From assembly GCF_003704095.1 (NCBI RefSeq), contig NW_020847747.1, positions 310,001-374,000 of the forward strand: a stretch of DNA of 64,000 bases, given 5' to 3'. A program made the translations under genes and the position numbers. The first letter of the stretch is position 1; each line of letters starts with the position of its first letter. Below the pieces are notes generated by a model. That model saw only the letters and a list, made by a program, of their open reading frames with translations, was not told where the DNA came from and searched no databases. Shown here piece after piece: positions 25,417-39,057 of the stretch. The DNA comes from Pocillopora damicornis (taxonomy: Eukaryota).

Positions 25417-28400
25417 CTATAATCTAGCATCCCTTTGTTGAAATAGAACTGCATTGTCCTTCAATTCATTAAGCGATTCAAGTTCGTCTCTTGTTTCAAC
25501 TATCGTGACATCAAAAGGACTTCCAGGTATATGCTGATCGGCCCATTTGATGTTAATAATGTACCGTCCCGCCTCTGTGGGGTTGTATCGCACTCCAATA
25601 GAACGCTCCTTTGATGTGTCCCGGTACATCTCCACTTTGAAGGCCCCTCTGGGTCCATGGATTCTGATCTTAAGTGTTCCCGGACCAGCACCTTTAGTTT
25701 CTACCAGGAATTCCCCCTTGAAATTTCGTAGCAATCCGTTCTCCAAACCAGGACCTATCGAGAAAATCGCAGATATTAAATCATTCTTCAGAAAATTCAA
25801 TGTAAAACTCCAAAGTGTATCTTAGGGGGCGAACAGAACGTGAAAATTACATGAGTTGACATACCGTACACACGAACTTTACTGGGATCAGGGGGCTGTC
25901 CCACGCGTACCAAAAAGGGACTTCCATGTACAGGTCTTCCTCCCCACTCCACATACACGAGATGGTTCCCAACTTCGGAAGGGAAGATTTGTACTTGATA
26001 AGTAGAATCCTTGTTGTCGAACACTGTGCAATCACAGTCTTTTGTGGGTCCTTGACAGCGAACATACAATTGCCCCGGGCCTGCATCTTTGCTGTTGATA
26101 CTGAACCCCATGGCTTGGCCCACTGTGGCTCCTGCGCCCTCCTTGAGCATGCTCCCTAAAGGTCAAACAAGTTAAACTGATTTAAAAACGTGTTTTCATT
26201 TGCGTGCACCTGTAGTTGTGCCACTGTCATTTGACTTTCTTAACGGATTGAGATAGCATCTTATTAGCTTCTTAAATTCTGAAATATAGAGCATTAATCA
26301 TGGAGAAAATTTCTTACCTTCAACAAAACAACTTTTGGCGCTCATAGCTTGTGCTTCTCTGATAGTGACCTTATAAGGACTGTTAGGTATGTGCTGTCCA
26401 TTCCACATTAGTGAGAGGACATAAGCCCCAGCCTGTGGTACCAAGTAGTGACATGCGTACCTCCCGTCCTTCAAGTCAATGACTTCTACATCAGTGTGAT
26501 ATTTGACTCCGGTAAGCTTCCCAGTCAGCTTGCCCCGGCCGGCAGTGCGGGCGTCCACCATGAAATCTATCTTCTCGTTCACCATTCCTGTGCATAAACA
26601 AAGGGCGTAAGGCATTTCCTAATAAGCAACTTGTTTACGAGTGCCTGAATTACAAAGGATATGGGACAGAAGATAAACATTCTGTATTCGTAACGATAAA
26701 ATTTTTCAGTCTCTAATTGGAAAAAAAAATACTGAATATACACACCTCCTTTAATTCCGTCTCCCGAGGCAAAAACCTTCTTATGTCCTTCGGTTCCTTC
26801 AATATTCATCATAAACGGCGAACCATCCACAGGAACACCATCGTATTCCACGTCTACTCTGTGGCGCCCAGGTCTCTTCGGTACAAATCGCACGTGATAT
26901 AAGTTGGAGCCTCGGTCGTAGGTCAGCTCGTAATCAAGTAACTCCATCTCTGGATCAGTAACGCGGCACTTGAGGTAATCTGCTGATGAACCCTCTGGGA
27001 TCATAATGGGGATGTCTGCCTCGCGGTTCTCGTAAAATCGATCGGATTCGTTGAAATTCACTACTGGGCCCCCCTGTCCCTGATCCGTGACGTTGACAGT
27101 GAAAGGAGAGCCTTGTACGGGCTCGCCCCGGTAACGAACGTCCACCTAACCAAAGTAAAAAGCCAACTGTGAGTTAATTATGTCAGCGATTTGTTTGCAA
27201 ATTTTGTTTATTTGCCGTAAAACTTTGGTTAGCCCAGCTTGGATGATTTAACTTAAGTGTTCTTTGTTTAAAAATAACTTCTCAAGAGACTCGCTTTATG
27301 ATAATAATTTTTATCCATTCTACTCAATCTTGAGCGATCACCGCATTAGTTTTTGATGGTTTTACTAGCGACTATTGAGTTTTAGGAAGGCATGATACCA
27401 GAAAATTCTCCGATGAAAACTTTAAATTGTTTTGACGGTACCATTCCGCCAAATATGCGATAAAACCCGTTTAGAAACCTAAGTCCAGAAACTTGACATT
27501 TGCGTTCCCTCACTCGCAAAAATGGTGATATAAACCGACCGTAAATTAACATTACAATCACCACACCCTCTAACAATGTCACCCCAGTCTCCAACGTCCA
27601 GCAGGGAGGCATCTTACCTTATATGGACCAGCCTTATGAGGAGTAAACCTAACGTGATGCCGATTGTCAGGCCCCTTGTTCACGTGACAGGGGACATTTT
27701 CTCCATCGGGGCCTGTGACTCTGGCGGAGAAATCTTCATCAGTCATGTCATATGAACTTTCCACGGCTAAATCCACTTCGTTCTTAATGACTCGCTCTGC
27801 AAACAGTTCCTCACTACGGACATGCGCAACTTGGACCTTGCCTGGGTCGCCGACCTTGATTAGGAATGGACTACTGGCTACTGGAGTGCCGTTACTCTTA
27901 ACATGAACCTGGGTAGACGCAAAAATACTTTGAAAATCTGAACATACTTCAAAATGTACGGACAGAGGGACGAGAAGTTATGATATTGTCAGAAATTGCG
28001 GTTTTGCGACTTATCAGTGCGTACCAGGCCGACATGATCATCACTACGAAATGAGTGAACTCGGGGAGTAGGCACACCTAATTAGTGGACAAGTCACAAT
28101 TTTTCAACTTTTAAACAAAAGAAGAACACGAAAACACGAGAGTAATCCAAAATATTTCAACTGGTGTATGTTCCAGCCGATACTCCGCACTTTCTCGACG
28201 ATGGACGAATAGTAAGCGTCACCTTCTGGTTATTCCTCCGGCTGTAAACAGGATGGAAAGAAACTACCACTTGCTATCAAAATTACGTGGCTTTTAAAAG
28301 AGGAATGTGAGAGACAAACAGACACGCAGCTCTAACAAACCGCAATGACTTGTTTGGTCTTTTGTATCAGCGTTACCGAGAAACATTTTCCAAACCGAAT

Positions 28401-31400
28401 TCTCCAGGATAAAATTTACGCCGATCTCTTACCTTGTAGGTTCCAGGCTTGTAAGGTACAAACTTAACATGGTACAAGCCATCGTCTCCTTTATCAAAAG
28501 ATGCTGGAACATTCTCCTCATCGGGTCCGTCTACATATGAAGACAGGTTCCTGGTACCTTCTGCCGCGTCAAGTGCTATGTCAAGTTCACGGCGAACTAA
28601 ATACTTGTTTTCAGACTCCTCTGGTTGGCGTAAACGAACAACGGCCGTTTTTGGCTGGGCCACGTTCAAGGGGAATGGGCTGTTCTCTACTGAGCGTCCA
28701 CCACAGCGAATATCCACCTTAGGAAAAAAGAAATAAGTTTGACGCAAGTAAGAGATCATTTCTTTTGGAAGTGGGAGGGCAGACTATTCTAAGCAACTTT
28801 CCAAAAGTAACATGTATTCATCTGAGATAGAAAAAAAGCCCTGAATCTCTTGCTTTTCCAAATTCACAACTTGGTAACCCCGGCTAAGACTCACACCGGG
28901 ACCGCTCGATTCGAAGGCCGACGCTCTTATCGCTGGGCTTCGTGCGTCTTTCAGGGACTATAAGTAGGTCTTACTTACCTTGTACTGTCCAATCTTTTTG
29001 GGAGTAAACCTCAAATGGTGAAGACCATCAGATTCCTTCTTGAAAGTTGACTTGTCAATATTTCCATCCGGATCATAAATCACAGCTGACACTTCATCTA
29101 CTTCGGATGGTATCTCCATGGGCACGTCTACCTCGTACCCCACGTGATAGCTAACTCCCTCCTGTCAGGGGAAGGATCAAAAGAACGTCACTAATTAATG
29201 CCAAACAATTTTTCTCAGTTCGAGTCTGGTTACACCTTACCTCGACTCTGATCGTCTCACACTTACGGTTATTTAGATAACAAGGTGCAAAAGAACTGGA
29301 TGGGAGATTACAAACCAGCGAGTTACCTGTTTTTCAAACTCTTTCAGTTTTACCGACACTGTCTCCGCTTCTGAAATTTTCATTACGAAGGGGCTGTTCT
29401 CTATGGACTGTCCTCCACAGCGCACATCTACAGTGTAACGACCGGGTTTGTGCGGAACAAATCTGGAATATATAATATAAGTTGGTTGCTCTTTTTTCTG
29501 TGTCACAAAAAATTTTTTTAGGATGGCATGACAAGCCCTTAGGCGTGACATGATCAACGTCACGTAAATGCTCTGTTCTTACCTCACGTGGTATAAGCCG
29601 TCTGGTTCAAAGGTCAACGTTGACTTTATAGGTTTGCCATCCTCGTCTTGGACGGTGGCGGAAATCTCATCAACTTCTTCTGGAACTTCGATAGGAACAT
29701 CAACCTAAATATGAGGATAAAACGAAAACGGTAAGGAAAAATTTCATGACTGGTGAAGGTCAGACAAACGAAAATAATTATAACATGGACCTCTTTTTGC
29801 GCTGAGTAACCAGTTCTCATCTGCTCCATCTCGGTGACCTTGACCTTCATACTGGTGGCATCTCGTATACGGATGACATAAGGGCTACTTGACACTTCCT
29901 TGCCACCATACATGACCATCACTCTGTGTTCTCCAGTTTGACGAGGTACAAACCGGATATGATAATATCCATCGTCATCCTTTGTCACACTAGAGGGAAC
30001 ACTTTCCTGGTCGGGGCCCACAACAGCAGCCTCCAGTTGGCCCTCTCCAGCAGAGCTAGGCACTTGTACAGGTATGTCCACCTCGTGACGGACAGTAAAG
30101 CGCTTTGGTTCGCGCTCCAACTCACGTGTATTCAAAGTCACTTGTCTGGGGTCCGCCACCTGATTAAAAAAAAAGGTCATATAATCCAGAACTATAACCT
30201 GTGCATAAGTAAGGAGGAAATTTTTCAACGCATTTTGGTTCAGCTCAGTTTGAAGAAGAGCCTCTTCGTGAGTTAGATNNNNNNNNNNNNNNNNNNNNNN
30301 NNNNNNNNNNNNNNNNNNNNNNNNNNNNNNNNNNNNNNNNNNNNNNNNNNNNNNNNNNNNNNNNNNNNNNNNNNNNNNNNNNNNNNNNNNNNNNNNNNNN
30401 NNNNNNNNNNNNNNNNNNNNNNNNNNNNNNNNNNNNNNNNNNNNNNNNNNNNNNNNNNNNNNNNNNNNNNNNNNNNNNNNNNNNNNNNNNNNNNNNNNNN
30501 NNNNNNNNNNNNNNTTTTGTGCAGACCCACCCCCTGAGGAGTGTACCGCACAATGTAGGTGTCCTTTTCATTAGGGGACTGTAGCAGATCCACAGGAAAG
30601 TGCCCATATGGAGCCTCGCCATACACTTTCAGTTCTCCATCACCAGCGCCATGAAGTGTAATGAAGAATTCTGCTTCAGAATCTGTAGTCACCTGAAATT
30701 GTGGAGAGATACATTATCGAAGTAAATCAATGATTTTCAAATTTTCTGTGTAGTAGTTAGGGCTTTAGATTAAGTGCTGTAAGCCCAAAACTAGAACAAG
30801 AGTGAATACGATAAGGAGTAAGGAGCCAACCAGAAATCAAAGTTAAAACAAACAAACTGCTTGAAGCACGGGAGAAAGCGGTTGGTCGAGTAACGAGTCG
30901 TTTAAGTTTTGCATCTGACTGATTGAGAGATTGACGTTGGTTTTCGAGAAAAATCGTAAATTTCTATGGTCCTAATGCTGAGAGTTTCTTAGACCTTGGA
31001 CACACGTAGCTATTGTTGTGCGTGACAGAGATGACTGCAAAAAATCTGGTTTGACCAAGACTCCCGAATGAGGAAAGAGGAATGATGATAAACAGAACCT
31101 GACGTCGTACCTGATGCAAACCATCTCCGTGAGCTACAATCCGGCTGGGATCACTCACTATCGTCTTGACTGGACTTCCCGGTATGTCATCCCCGTTGAA
31201 TACGAAGTGAATATTATATTCCCCGGGCTTGTTAGGAGTAAACGATACGTTGTATCGTCCGGGTGCAGTGGGTTTCACGTCGACAGGGACATTCCCTACG
31301 GGGCCCCGGCATTGGATAGCCAGTTCCCCCAGTCCCGCCCCGGAAGTATCAACATCGAAGGAGGAGGGACGTCCTATGGTCGGGTTGCGAGCAGTTTCTG

Positions 31401-33543
31401 CGGGAAAAAAATGAAAAATAATTGAGCAACTAAATGACTTGCTAAACAACGAAAATCGCCTTCATGTTATGCAACTGTGTTCTTCACGTGACATGATAAT
31501 TTGTTAAGTGACAAAGTATTGCGTGACTTAATTGATAGGTAGCATCACTCACCGCTCCCAGCTACATTGCACTTGGTTGGATCTCCTACTTTCGTTGTAA
31601 AGGGACTTCCGAGCAGGGGTGTGTCTCCGACCTCAATGCGAATCTTGTGCTCTCCCACTTCCCGCGGTACAAAATATCCCCGCCACTTTCCATTTCCAAG
31701 AGGTTCCATATTGCAGTTCGCTGTTTTGGTCGGTCCTTCTACTACCGCCGAGACCGGGGGGGAGTTCTCGTCGTTGGTTTGAACAATGAACTCTGCCGGT
31801 TTGAAGACGACAGCATTCTTGATCCCTACGCCAGAAACCGTAACATCTGCCACGTTCTCATGCACCATTACTTGAAAGGGGCCCTTAGGGACTTCCTTAC
31901 CGTAGTGCTTTACAGAGATCGTGTGAATGCCGCTTTCAAAGGGAACAAATTTGCACCTGAGAGAGCCGTCTGCTTCAACTTGTGTTTCTACTGGCACGGA
32001 ATCCTCCCCGTCCGGACCTCGGATATGGACACGTACCCCATCAAAACCGATATCTTTGCGACCGTATATAAAAAACTCGGAGGTTTTCCCGCGAACTCCC
32101 CGCTTAATTCCGTTGCCGTCCGCCTTGAAGATGTGCGCATGACTTTGCAGTTTATCAGCTGTACGAAATTGCAACATGTACGCCATGACGCTGAGCTCGT
32201 CCACATCGGGACTGACAAGTTCCTCCGGGGTTAAAACTTTCCTTACTCCGAATTTCTCCTCCGCGATATCCAGCCCTAGCTTAGCGTTTTCTAACGGACT
32301 ATTCCGATCAATATTTTCGTACCCTGGAACAATCCCAGGGCACTGAGCTTCAAGAAACTGCAATAATTTCTTTCCATCATTCCAATCGGTGTTGAAATTA
32401 CGCACGTTCAAGCCTGGTGCCGAATCATTGATAAATTGCAGTGTTCGTTTTTCTCCGATGGAGCCCGGTTGTGTATAATACGACAAATACGTCATCATAC
32501 TCAATTCGTCGACATAGGGACTGACGAAGAATTCCGGAGAAAGAACTTTCGGGATTCCGAAGTTTTTCTCAGCAGCATTCATGGCATCGCTCGTATTCGA
32601 CAGTTTTGCCTCTGGGTTTAGACTCTTATAGTTTGGACACAGACCTGGTTGGCAGAACTCGTTGAGGGCGCTCAGAGCTCTACCATCGTTCCAGTCCGTT
32701 GTCACATTCCGGATTACCATGTCAGGGATTGCATTTTTCAACCATAACAACAGCAGCTGCTTGCCTGAGGCGCTGCCACTTGAACTGATCTGATAGTGAA
32801 GGATTAACCTCCATATTAGACCTAGAATTAGTTTCACGTTCCCATTGGCAATGTCCTCGTTCCCTGGAAAATATAAAATTAACGAAGGAAATTTTACTAT
32901 TCAGCAGGGTACTTAAGTATTATCAACTGAGTTGATAACGTAAATTAGCTACTGTAAAGAGTTTTAAAGCTGACGTTTTGAGCGTCAGAGCGAATGACGA
33001 AGGGCTGACGCTCGATACGTCCGCTTTTGAACTCTTTACGGTGGTCAATTTACGTTATCAATTCAGTTGATGATACTAAATTACCATGTTGTACTTTCCC
33101 ACCGTCGCAGCACCACAGTTACCTTAGAAACTCACCCCCTTAACTATTCAGAAGTGTATCGAAAATGACTTATTCTTAGTTCCTAAGACTAACTGACAAA
33201 TTATGAAACAAGGGATCGCATTCAAATCGCTATCTCTTTTCTCCTCCACCGCCTTGAGAGACCGGTGAGAGTTTACTGCCAAATCAAGTAGATTATTCTT
33301 CCTAAGGGAGAGAGTTTCCCTAGGCATTATTCTTTTCCTTTCCCCGGCCTAACAAGAGAATCGTGCAGTGAGCGGGAATCACGCGTGGCAGAGGAAGAAA
33401 AAAACAGGTAATTTAGCGTTAACAACTGGGTTGTAAACGTAAATTAGCCACCGTAAAGAGCAAAAAAGCTGACGTTTTTTTACTCTTTACGGCGGCTAAT
33501 TTACGTTTTCAACCCACTTGTTAACACTAAACTACCTGCTATA

Positions 33544-33588
<45 letters not shown>

Positions 33589-35628
33589 TTTATTCATTAT
33601 GAAGAAAAAAAACAAACGAACTCTCGTGCATGCGCGCAAAAAAAAAAAATGAGGTCTTTGACTGCGTCCACCTCTTGTTTATCTAACGCTTTTTCAGCTT
33701 GGCTAACAGGAAACGGAAACGACTCTTTCGCAAGCTAGCGGAAAAGGATCTTTTTTGTCTTGAACAAGTGTTTACTTCTCCTAGAATCGTCAATATGTGG
33801 CCTTACGAAATATTTTGGACTGGATGTCTTAACGTTTAATTTGCTGTGTTGATGTTCTGCTTTCAAAAATTTGCAGGAGGTCTGATTTGACTAATTTGCA
33901 AAGCAAAAAGGGCGAACAAGTGCCTTGTTGCAAAGCCAATATTTATTAAACCCTATGTGGTGCAATATATATTTGACGGTATGGCGCATTAGGTAAAAAA
34001 AAATTACTAATTTCAGTAACTGACAAAGATTAAACGAAAGTTGTGGTTTGGTTAACCAACTGCCGCTTTCCCCCACGTTGATTTAGCGGTATAAAATAGC
34101 AAAAAAAGAAAAAACAATTTTGGAAGAGTTTATTGTCTGTACGTGCGTCGAGACAAAAGGCATCAAGTGGAGTAAGATTGTTTCTTATTGGATAGATTGG
34201 AGTTCGTCTACACCCGGCCAGTGTCACGTCGCCACGATATTCAACAAAAATATAAGCTGTGAAAATCGATTCTTGCAGTAACCACAATCAACGATCGGCC
34301 ATATCGTAGAGTCTTTAAGAAAGCTGGAAGCGTTAGTATTCAGTTAAAGAGAATCGTCGTTCCTTGAATGTTTATAGGCAGAGTCGATTAATAAATAACA
34401 AAAGGAAAACGCACCGGAAAAAAAATTATGAATGCAACGGAAAGTAAAAAATGACATCGATGCTTCGAAACAGGAAGACAACGGGAAAAAAAATTATCTT
34501 TTGTTATTCTCACCGCCCTCCGAGTTAAAAATTTTAAATTTGTTATTGTTGTGGTCTTTTCCGAACTCAAGGTCGTGGTCTTTTGTGAATTAATTGAAGG
34601 GAAAAATTAAAAACTATAGTTTTGGAATTATACGTAAACATTATAATCTTTGAAACTGGTAGACCGATATTATAAATATTTTACAGAGTCTCTTGGCAAA
34701 CGAAAGTTTTTCGCGTATTTCAGCCACAACAGAAGTAGCGTTCATTGCAGATTAAAACTTCCAAAGCAGATTCTCAAGAGATACGAAACTCCCTCACCGT
34801 TAACAGAACCTATTTTCGATTCCAATTTGCGTGCATTCGATTCACGTGCAATATTTGGCAAGCATCTGATGAAAGGCTTCGAAACTTGTCTGCAATGCAT
34901 TCGACATATTCACGAATAGGGTATTCTTAGACAACGAGCTATCAGTATTCCACGAGGAAAACAAATTCAGCTGTGCGAGGAATCGTGCTATTTTTGCGTG
35001 ATTCCCAAGACCTCTTGCCTTGTAACTGGAAACTTGTGCGGAAATTTTGAATCGTATCTTTGAAGATATCTTTCTCATTTATGTTTAAGCTGTGTTGTTC
35101 TTGAGGAATCTCGACACACCGTTATATTTATTTAACACTGGTCTGTGTATCAATGGACACATTTAGAACAAGAAAGGTAAATAAAAGCGCAGAACAGTTG
35201 TCGTCTAGCATGTCTGTGTGTACATTACTGTCACGAAACAATTTAAATAGCTCACCAATGTTGACTAACTTTATCCCGTCGCTCTGTAGTAACTTCAAAG
35301 CGCTGGTGATATTTTCAAGTTTCTGTGCGTACAGCCTCGGGTTCTTGTTGTATCGACCAACTTTCTTCGTGGAAATCGATTCAACCAGGTACACAAGTGA
35401 AAGTCCATCTTGGAACGCCTCAGCTAGATCACTCGTAATTTGTACACCGTACGGATGAATTTGAACGTTGCACCAATTTGTGAACGTGTTCTTCTGAATT
35501 TCGATCCAATCTTTCTCATTGTGAGCCACGTATAGAGATCCCTTGAAGCTAAACTGGCCACTACTCGGTCGACCAGGACTTCTGGGGCTCTTTATACTTG
35601 CTTGTTCGCGTTCGATTAGGGAAGTCAT
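25417..35628 (-). CDS. Filamin-like actin cross-linker with three CH domains and at least 13 filamin Ig repeats
   Basis: Exons 35628-35256, 32863-31553, 31397-31111, 30692-(gap), 30159-29791, 29704-29583, 29462-29327, 29161-28979, 28717-28433, 27908-27618, 27145-26746, 26587-26318, 26155-25865, 25754-25417. CH1 WIEIQKNTFTNWCN...KLILGLIWRLILHYQI, two CH2-type TDWNDG...VDELS.M.Y domains, repeats ending in SPF/SPY. Confidence 0.92.
28879..28938 (-). mobile_element. Degenerate tRNA-like SINE head in filamin intron
   Basis: Minus strand AGCCCAGCGATAAGAGCGTCGGCCTTCGAATCGAGCGGTCCCGGTGTGAGTCTTAGCCGGGG: tRNA-like layout with broken T-loop. Confidence 0.4.
30279..30514. other. Assembly gap (236 N) interrupting a filamin exon
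   Basis: Run of N; the reading frame from 30692 enters the gap. Confidence 0.99.
32905..33142. mobile_element. Dispersed repeat copy C, fold-back arrangement with two decayed hammerhead-like cores
   Basis: Inverted partial copy joined to a forward copy (TGACGAAGGGCTGACGCTCGATACGTC); ACTATTCAG at 32896-32904 and 33143-33151. Confidence 0.7.
33405..33591. mobile_element. Dispersed repeat copy D, fold-back arrangement, ribozyme core mostly deleted
   Basis: ~65-bp inverted arms CAGGTAATTTAG...AAAGAGCAAAAAA / TTTTTTACTCTTT...CTACCTG, then the same tail as copy B; GAAGA(7-8)CA at 33394 and 33601. Confidence 0.75.
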
Positions 35629-38600
35629 ATCACTGAATCCTCCTCTTCGCCCCTATTAAACACAATTTCTTTTTTCAGGCTTCCTTCCTTGGCTCCGTAC
35701 ACACCCTCTCTACATATTTGACAAGATAAAACAACCGTGAAAACAATGCCGATTTCGAAAGCTGGTCAAAAATATGTACACAACTAATTTACATGTGTTA
35801 TGAACTGCAAGATGTGCTCGAATGCACTTCAATGGCTTCCAACGGTCCCGTAGGGAATATGAAAGTGACAAATATCAATTGACGCCTCCTTATATGGAGG
35901 ATGAGAGCGCAGTTAATGGGTTTTCCGTCACGATATTGCCGCTAAGGTCGGAGGGACATTCAAAATTTTAGTGATACAATATAGTTACTACCACTTCTCT
36001 CCTGCTATAGACAGCAATAAAAATCTGTCTGGAACTTGATTGAATTGTGCTCTCTTAACTTGTAGTTGTGCTTAGTTATTGATACAATTTCTTTTGCTGC
36101 CGCAGGGTAAAAAAAATAGTTCGAAATTTAAAAAAGTTAAAAGAACACAGTGAAACGATATCCAGGGATTAATTTCTTTCGGTACAATACATTCCCACAA
36201 ATGTACTTTGCATATTTTAAGGGTGATATGATCTTTTTGGGATCATTTGAATGTAAAGGAAGTCTTTCGGTAAGGGTTATTTGATCCAAATTTATATTTT
36301 TAAATATATTTCCATTTGCTCGATTCCTAGCTTCCTCTGTTTCATGTAACAAAAGGTAGCGACTAAAAATGCAAAGAGGTCTCGCCCTCCTAATCCGTAT
36401 ACACTAAAAATACCTGTAAGTGAATTAAAATAACAGGGCATCGTAGTGTGACTGCCTTGGAAACAAAGATTGATAGCAGGGGTGGGGGGGGTTAGCTTAT
36501 AATTTGTCGCGCAGAGCATGTTCACCGTTAGATCTCTCCCAGGCTTAGTGACGAATTCAGACAGCTACCGTTCTTTTAAATGCGAGCTGAATAACTTGCA
36601 GCTTAAATTAAAGTGATATTAGGCCTTAGGTCATCCTTAGAAAACATTTCAAGCGAATAATGTGTGAATAGCAGCTTGAGCCTATTGCATAGAAATAAGG
36701 TGCACTTACAAGTTATAAAACAGACCTAACTAAGACTGTATTCTACATTTCTAAAAGCTTTGTAGTTTTCTTTTAGGAAGTGTATCAATCTATTTAATGA
36801 TGCCTTTGATACTTCAAGTAGAGTTGGATGCCGAAGAAATTTCGGTTAAATAAATTAGGACAATTTTGAAGCAAGTTTCACTTTCCATATTAAAACTTAC
36901 AAATATACGATGTATGTACTCCCACGAGTCCTTGACTAAGTTTTAGGAGTCTTCACAGTGGTAAACTGAGATGTCTTCCAGCGATGCATTTTTACAACTG
37001 CTCTGTTTCCAGAATGACTTCACGAAGGAAAAATCCTGCCCATTTTATCGAATTATCTAGACAAAGACAGTGATGCAAAGCATAAATTTAAATGACGGAA
37101 TATTGAGGTTTTTTTCTTTCAAATCACTCAGCCGCATCGTCATGACCTATCTCGGACGAGCTTGTTTACGTCATCACAGCATTCTGTTTGTCACACTTTC
37201 CAGCTATCGACAGGAATGACAAGTCATAACAACATATATCGTTTGATTTCCCCTTAAAAAATTTCCCTGGAATGTGAAGTTTTTTTCCGATATTCGTAGT
37301 TTGTACGTTAATGGTAAACGAACATCAAGAATTCAGAGCTGTTTCGTGATCAGAGAGAAAATAACATGTGCAATTACCCTAAAAATGGGTATACAATTTG
37401 TAACTACAGCGTAAGCGCAAAATTGATCCCTTTAATTCAGGAAACCAAAAAGTTTTTTCAACAAATTATTGTTTGTTCTTGTTGTGAGATTAGGAGGGTG
37501 AATTTTCCCACGGTAACTTTGCTCGCTGAGGAAATATTAACACACATTTTAAATACTCAAAGTCCAAGAACTTGAAGAAGCATTTTTTGCGAAGTTATGG
37601 TTTGTCGCATATTTATAGTTAAGCGGTTTAAACGGAAGAGTGTTTAAAGTCGTATTTTACGCTTGTGTTATGCTTTTTGTACGTGGCTTCTCACTATGTA
37701 AATTGTTTTACAGTGTCCTAAATAACAGCCAAACAAACAAATTTTAAATGGAAAACTGGTCGAATCACTAAATTTAAAGACCGCCTGCCTACGGTTGCGT
37801 CACTACATGTTAAATTTTAAAAGATGATACGGCATTGTCATGTGCAAAAGAGCAGAAAATTTTAACATCCTGTTTGTCGAGTCGGCCAGAACTGAGAGAA
37901 ATTTCCTGAACTTTCTTACGTGATGCAAATGATAGATACTCGTAACAACATTTGTCTCATTTGAGCAGTTTTTAATTAAAATTTGGTTAGTTTAAATAGC
38001 TCGTGTGACCAAGCACTTTCGTGTCTTACCAATATTTAAGTTTCCATTCTTTCTCCAGAACTTTCTCCCGAGTGCTGTGTTTATTAAGAATGGCATGCTA
38101 TGGTTGGCTGACTTCGTTCTAGAGCACATACGCTGGGTTTGTCTTTCCAGGAATTCGTGTCGTCTCTTCCTACCAAACAGACTATCAAAATTGTCATCAT
38201 TGTCTTCATCGGACTCAAAGAAACAAATGTTATGACACAGTTAAGGGGCGCACTTCAGATGAAACTGGCGGAGCTCAATAAAATCACCCTCTCGTAAGTA
38301 CGAGTTTTACGTCACTGTTTTCTAACTTTTCTTTTTCTTTATCTCTCTCAAGATCTCGTCCAGCAAAATTACTCGCTTAGTTGCACACACACAAAACAAT
38401 AATGTAAACAGATCCTTTCCATCCTACGGAACAAATTTTATCGCAAAATATCAGTGACCCCTACCGCTATCCGGTTTCCCAGACTGAGGCTAGGCTAAAT
38501 TTGCATCAGATCCCTTTTCCTAATATTACATCAGTTTGTATTTGTGTCTTGTGTGGTGAATAATATTGGCTTATTCTGCTCTTTTTGAGTCTAAATGCTT

Positions 38601-38847
38601 TGAAACACGACAAGAAGGGTCAAAATCTTCATTTGCATTTTCTTCAGGTGGAATACCTTACGCGCATGCGTAACAAAAGTTTTGGATCTTCAGCCTGTTA
38701 ACTACCGTAGCGTTTGCTTTGCCTTAATAAGCTCCTCTGCTTAATTACGATTAAATTTAGTCTTTCGCGAACAATATCGCATGTAAACGATGTTAAAACA
38801 TCAATTATTGTGAAAAACGAAAAAAAATATGGTAAAGCTTTATGCAG

Positions 38848-38863
38848 TCACCCACAAGGACCG
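38848..38863 (+). promoter_or_regulatory. snRNA proximal sequence element (PSE)-like motif
   Basis: TCACCCACAAGGACCG ~60 nt upstream of the U12 start; TCACC core at the expected PSE position. Confidence 0.55.
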
Positions 38864-38907
38864 TATTTATGTAGGAGTATAATAAATTTGATGTTACTTT
38901 TGACGAG

Positions 38908-38909
38908 TT

Positions 38910-38968
<59 letters not shown>

Positions 38969-39057
38969 AGTCACTATTAATTTTTCTAGGGGTGACAGGC
39001 TGCCCTCAGGTGACCCGCTTACTTCTGCGGGATGCCCGTGTTGTAGCGGCCTCCGCC
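38908..39057 (+). ncRNA. RNU12: U12 minor spliceosomal snRNA
   Basis: TGCCTTAAACTAATGAGTAAGGAAAATAACGATCTGGGTGACGCCAGATC...AATTTTTC (Sm-site position)...GCCCTCAGGTGACCCGCTTACTTCTGCGGGATGCC is collinear with metazoan U12 over ~150 nt; stems GATCTGG/CCAGATC and CCCGC/GCGGG intact. Confidence 0.93.
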
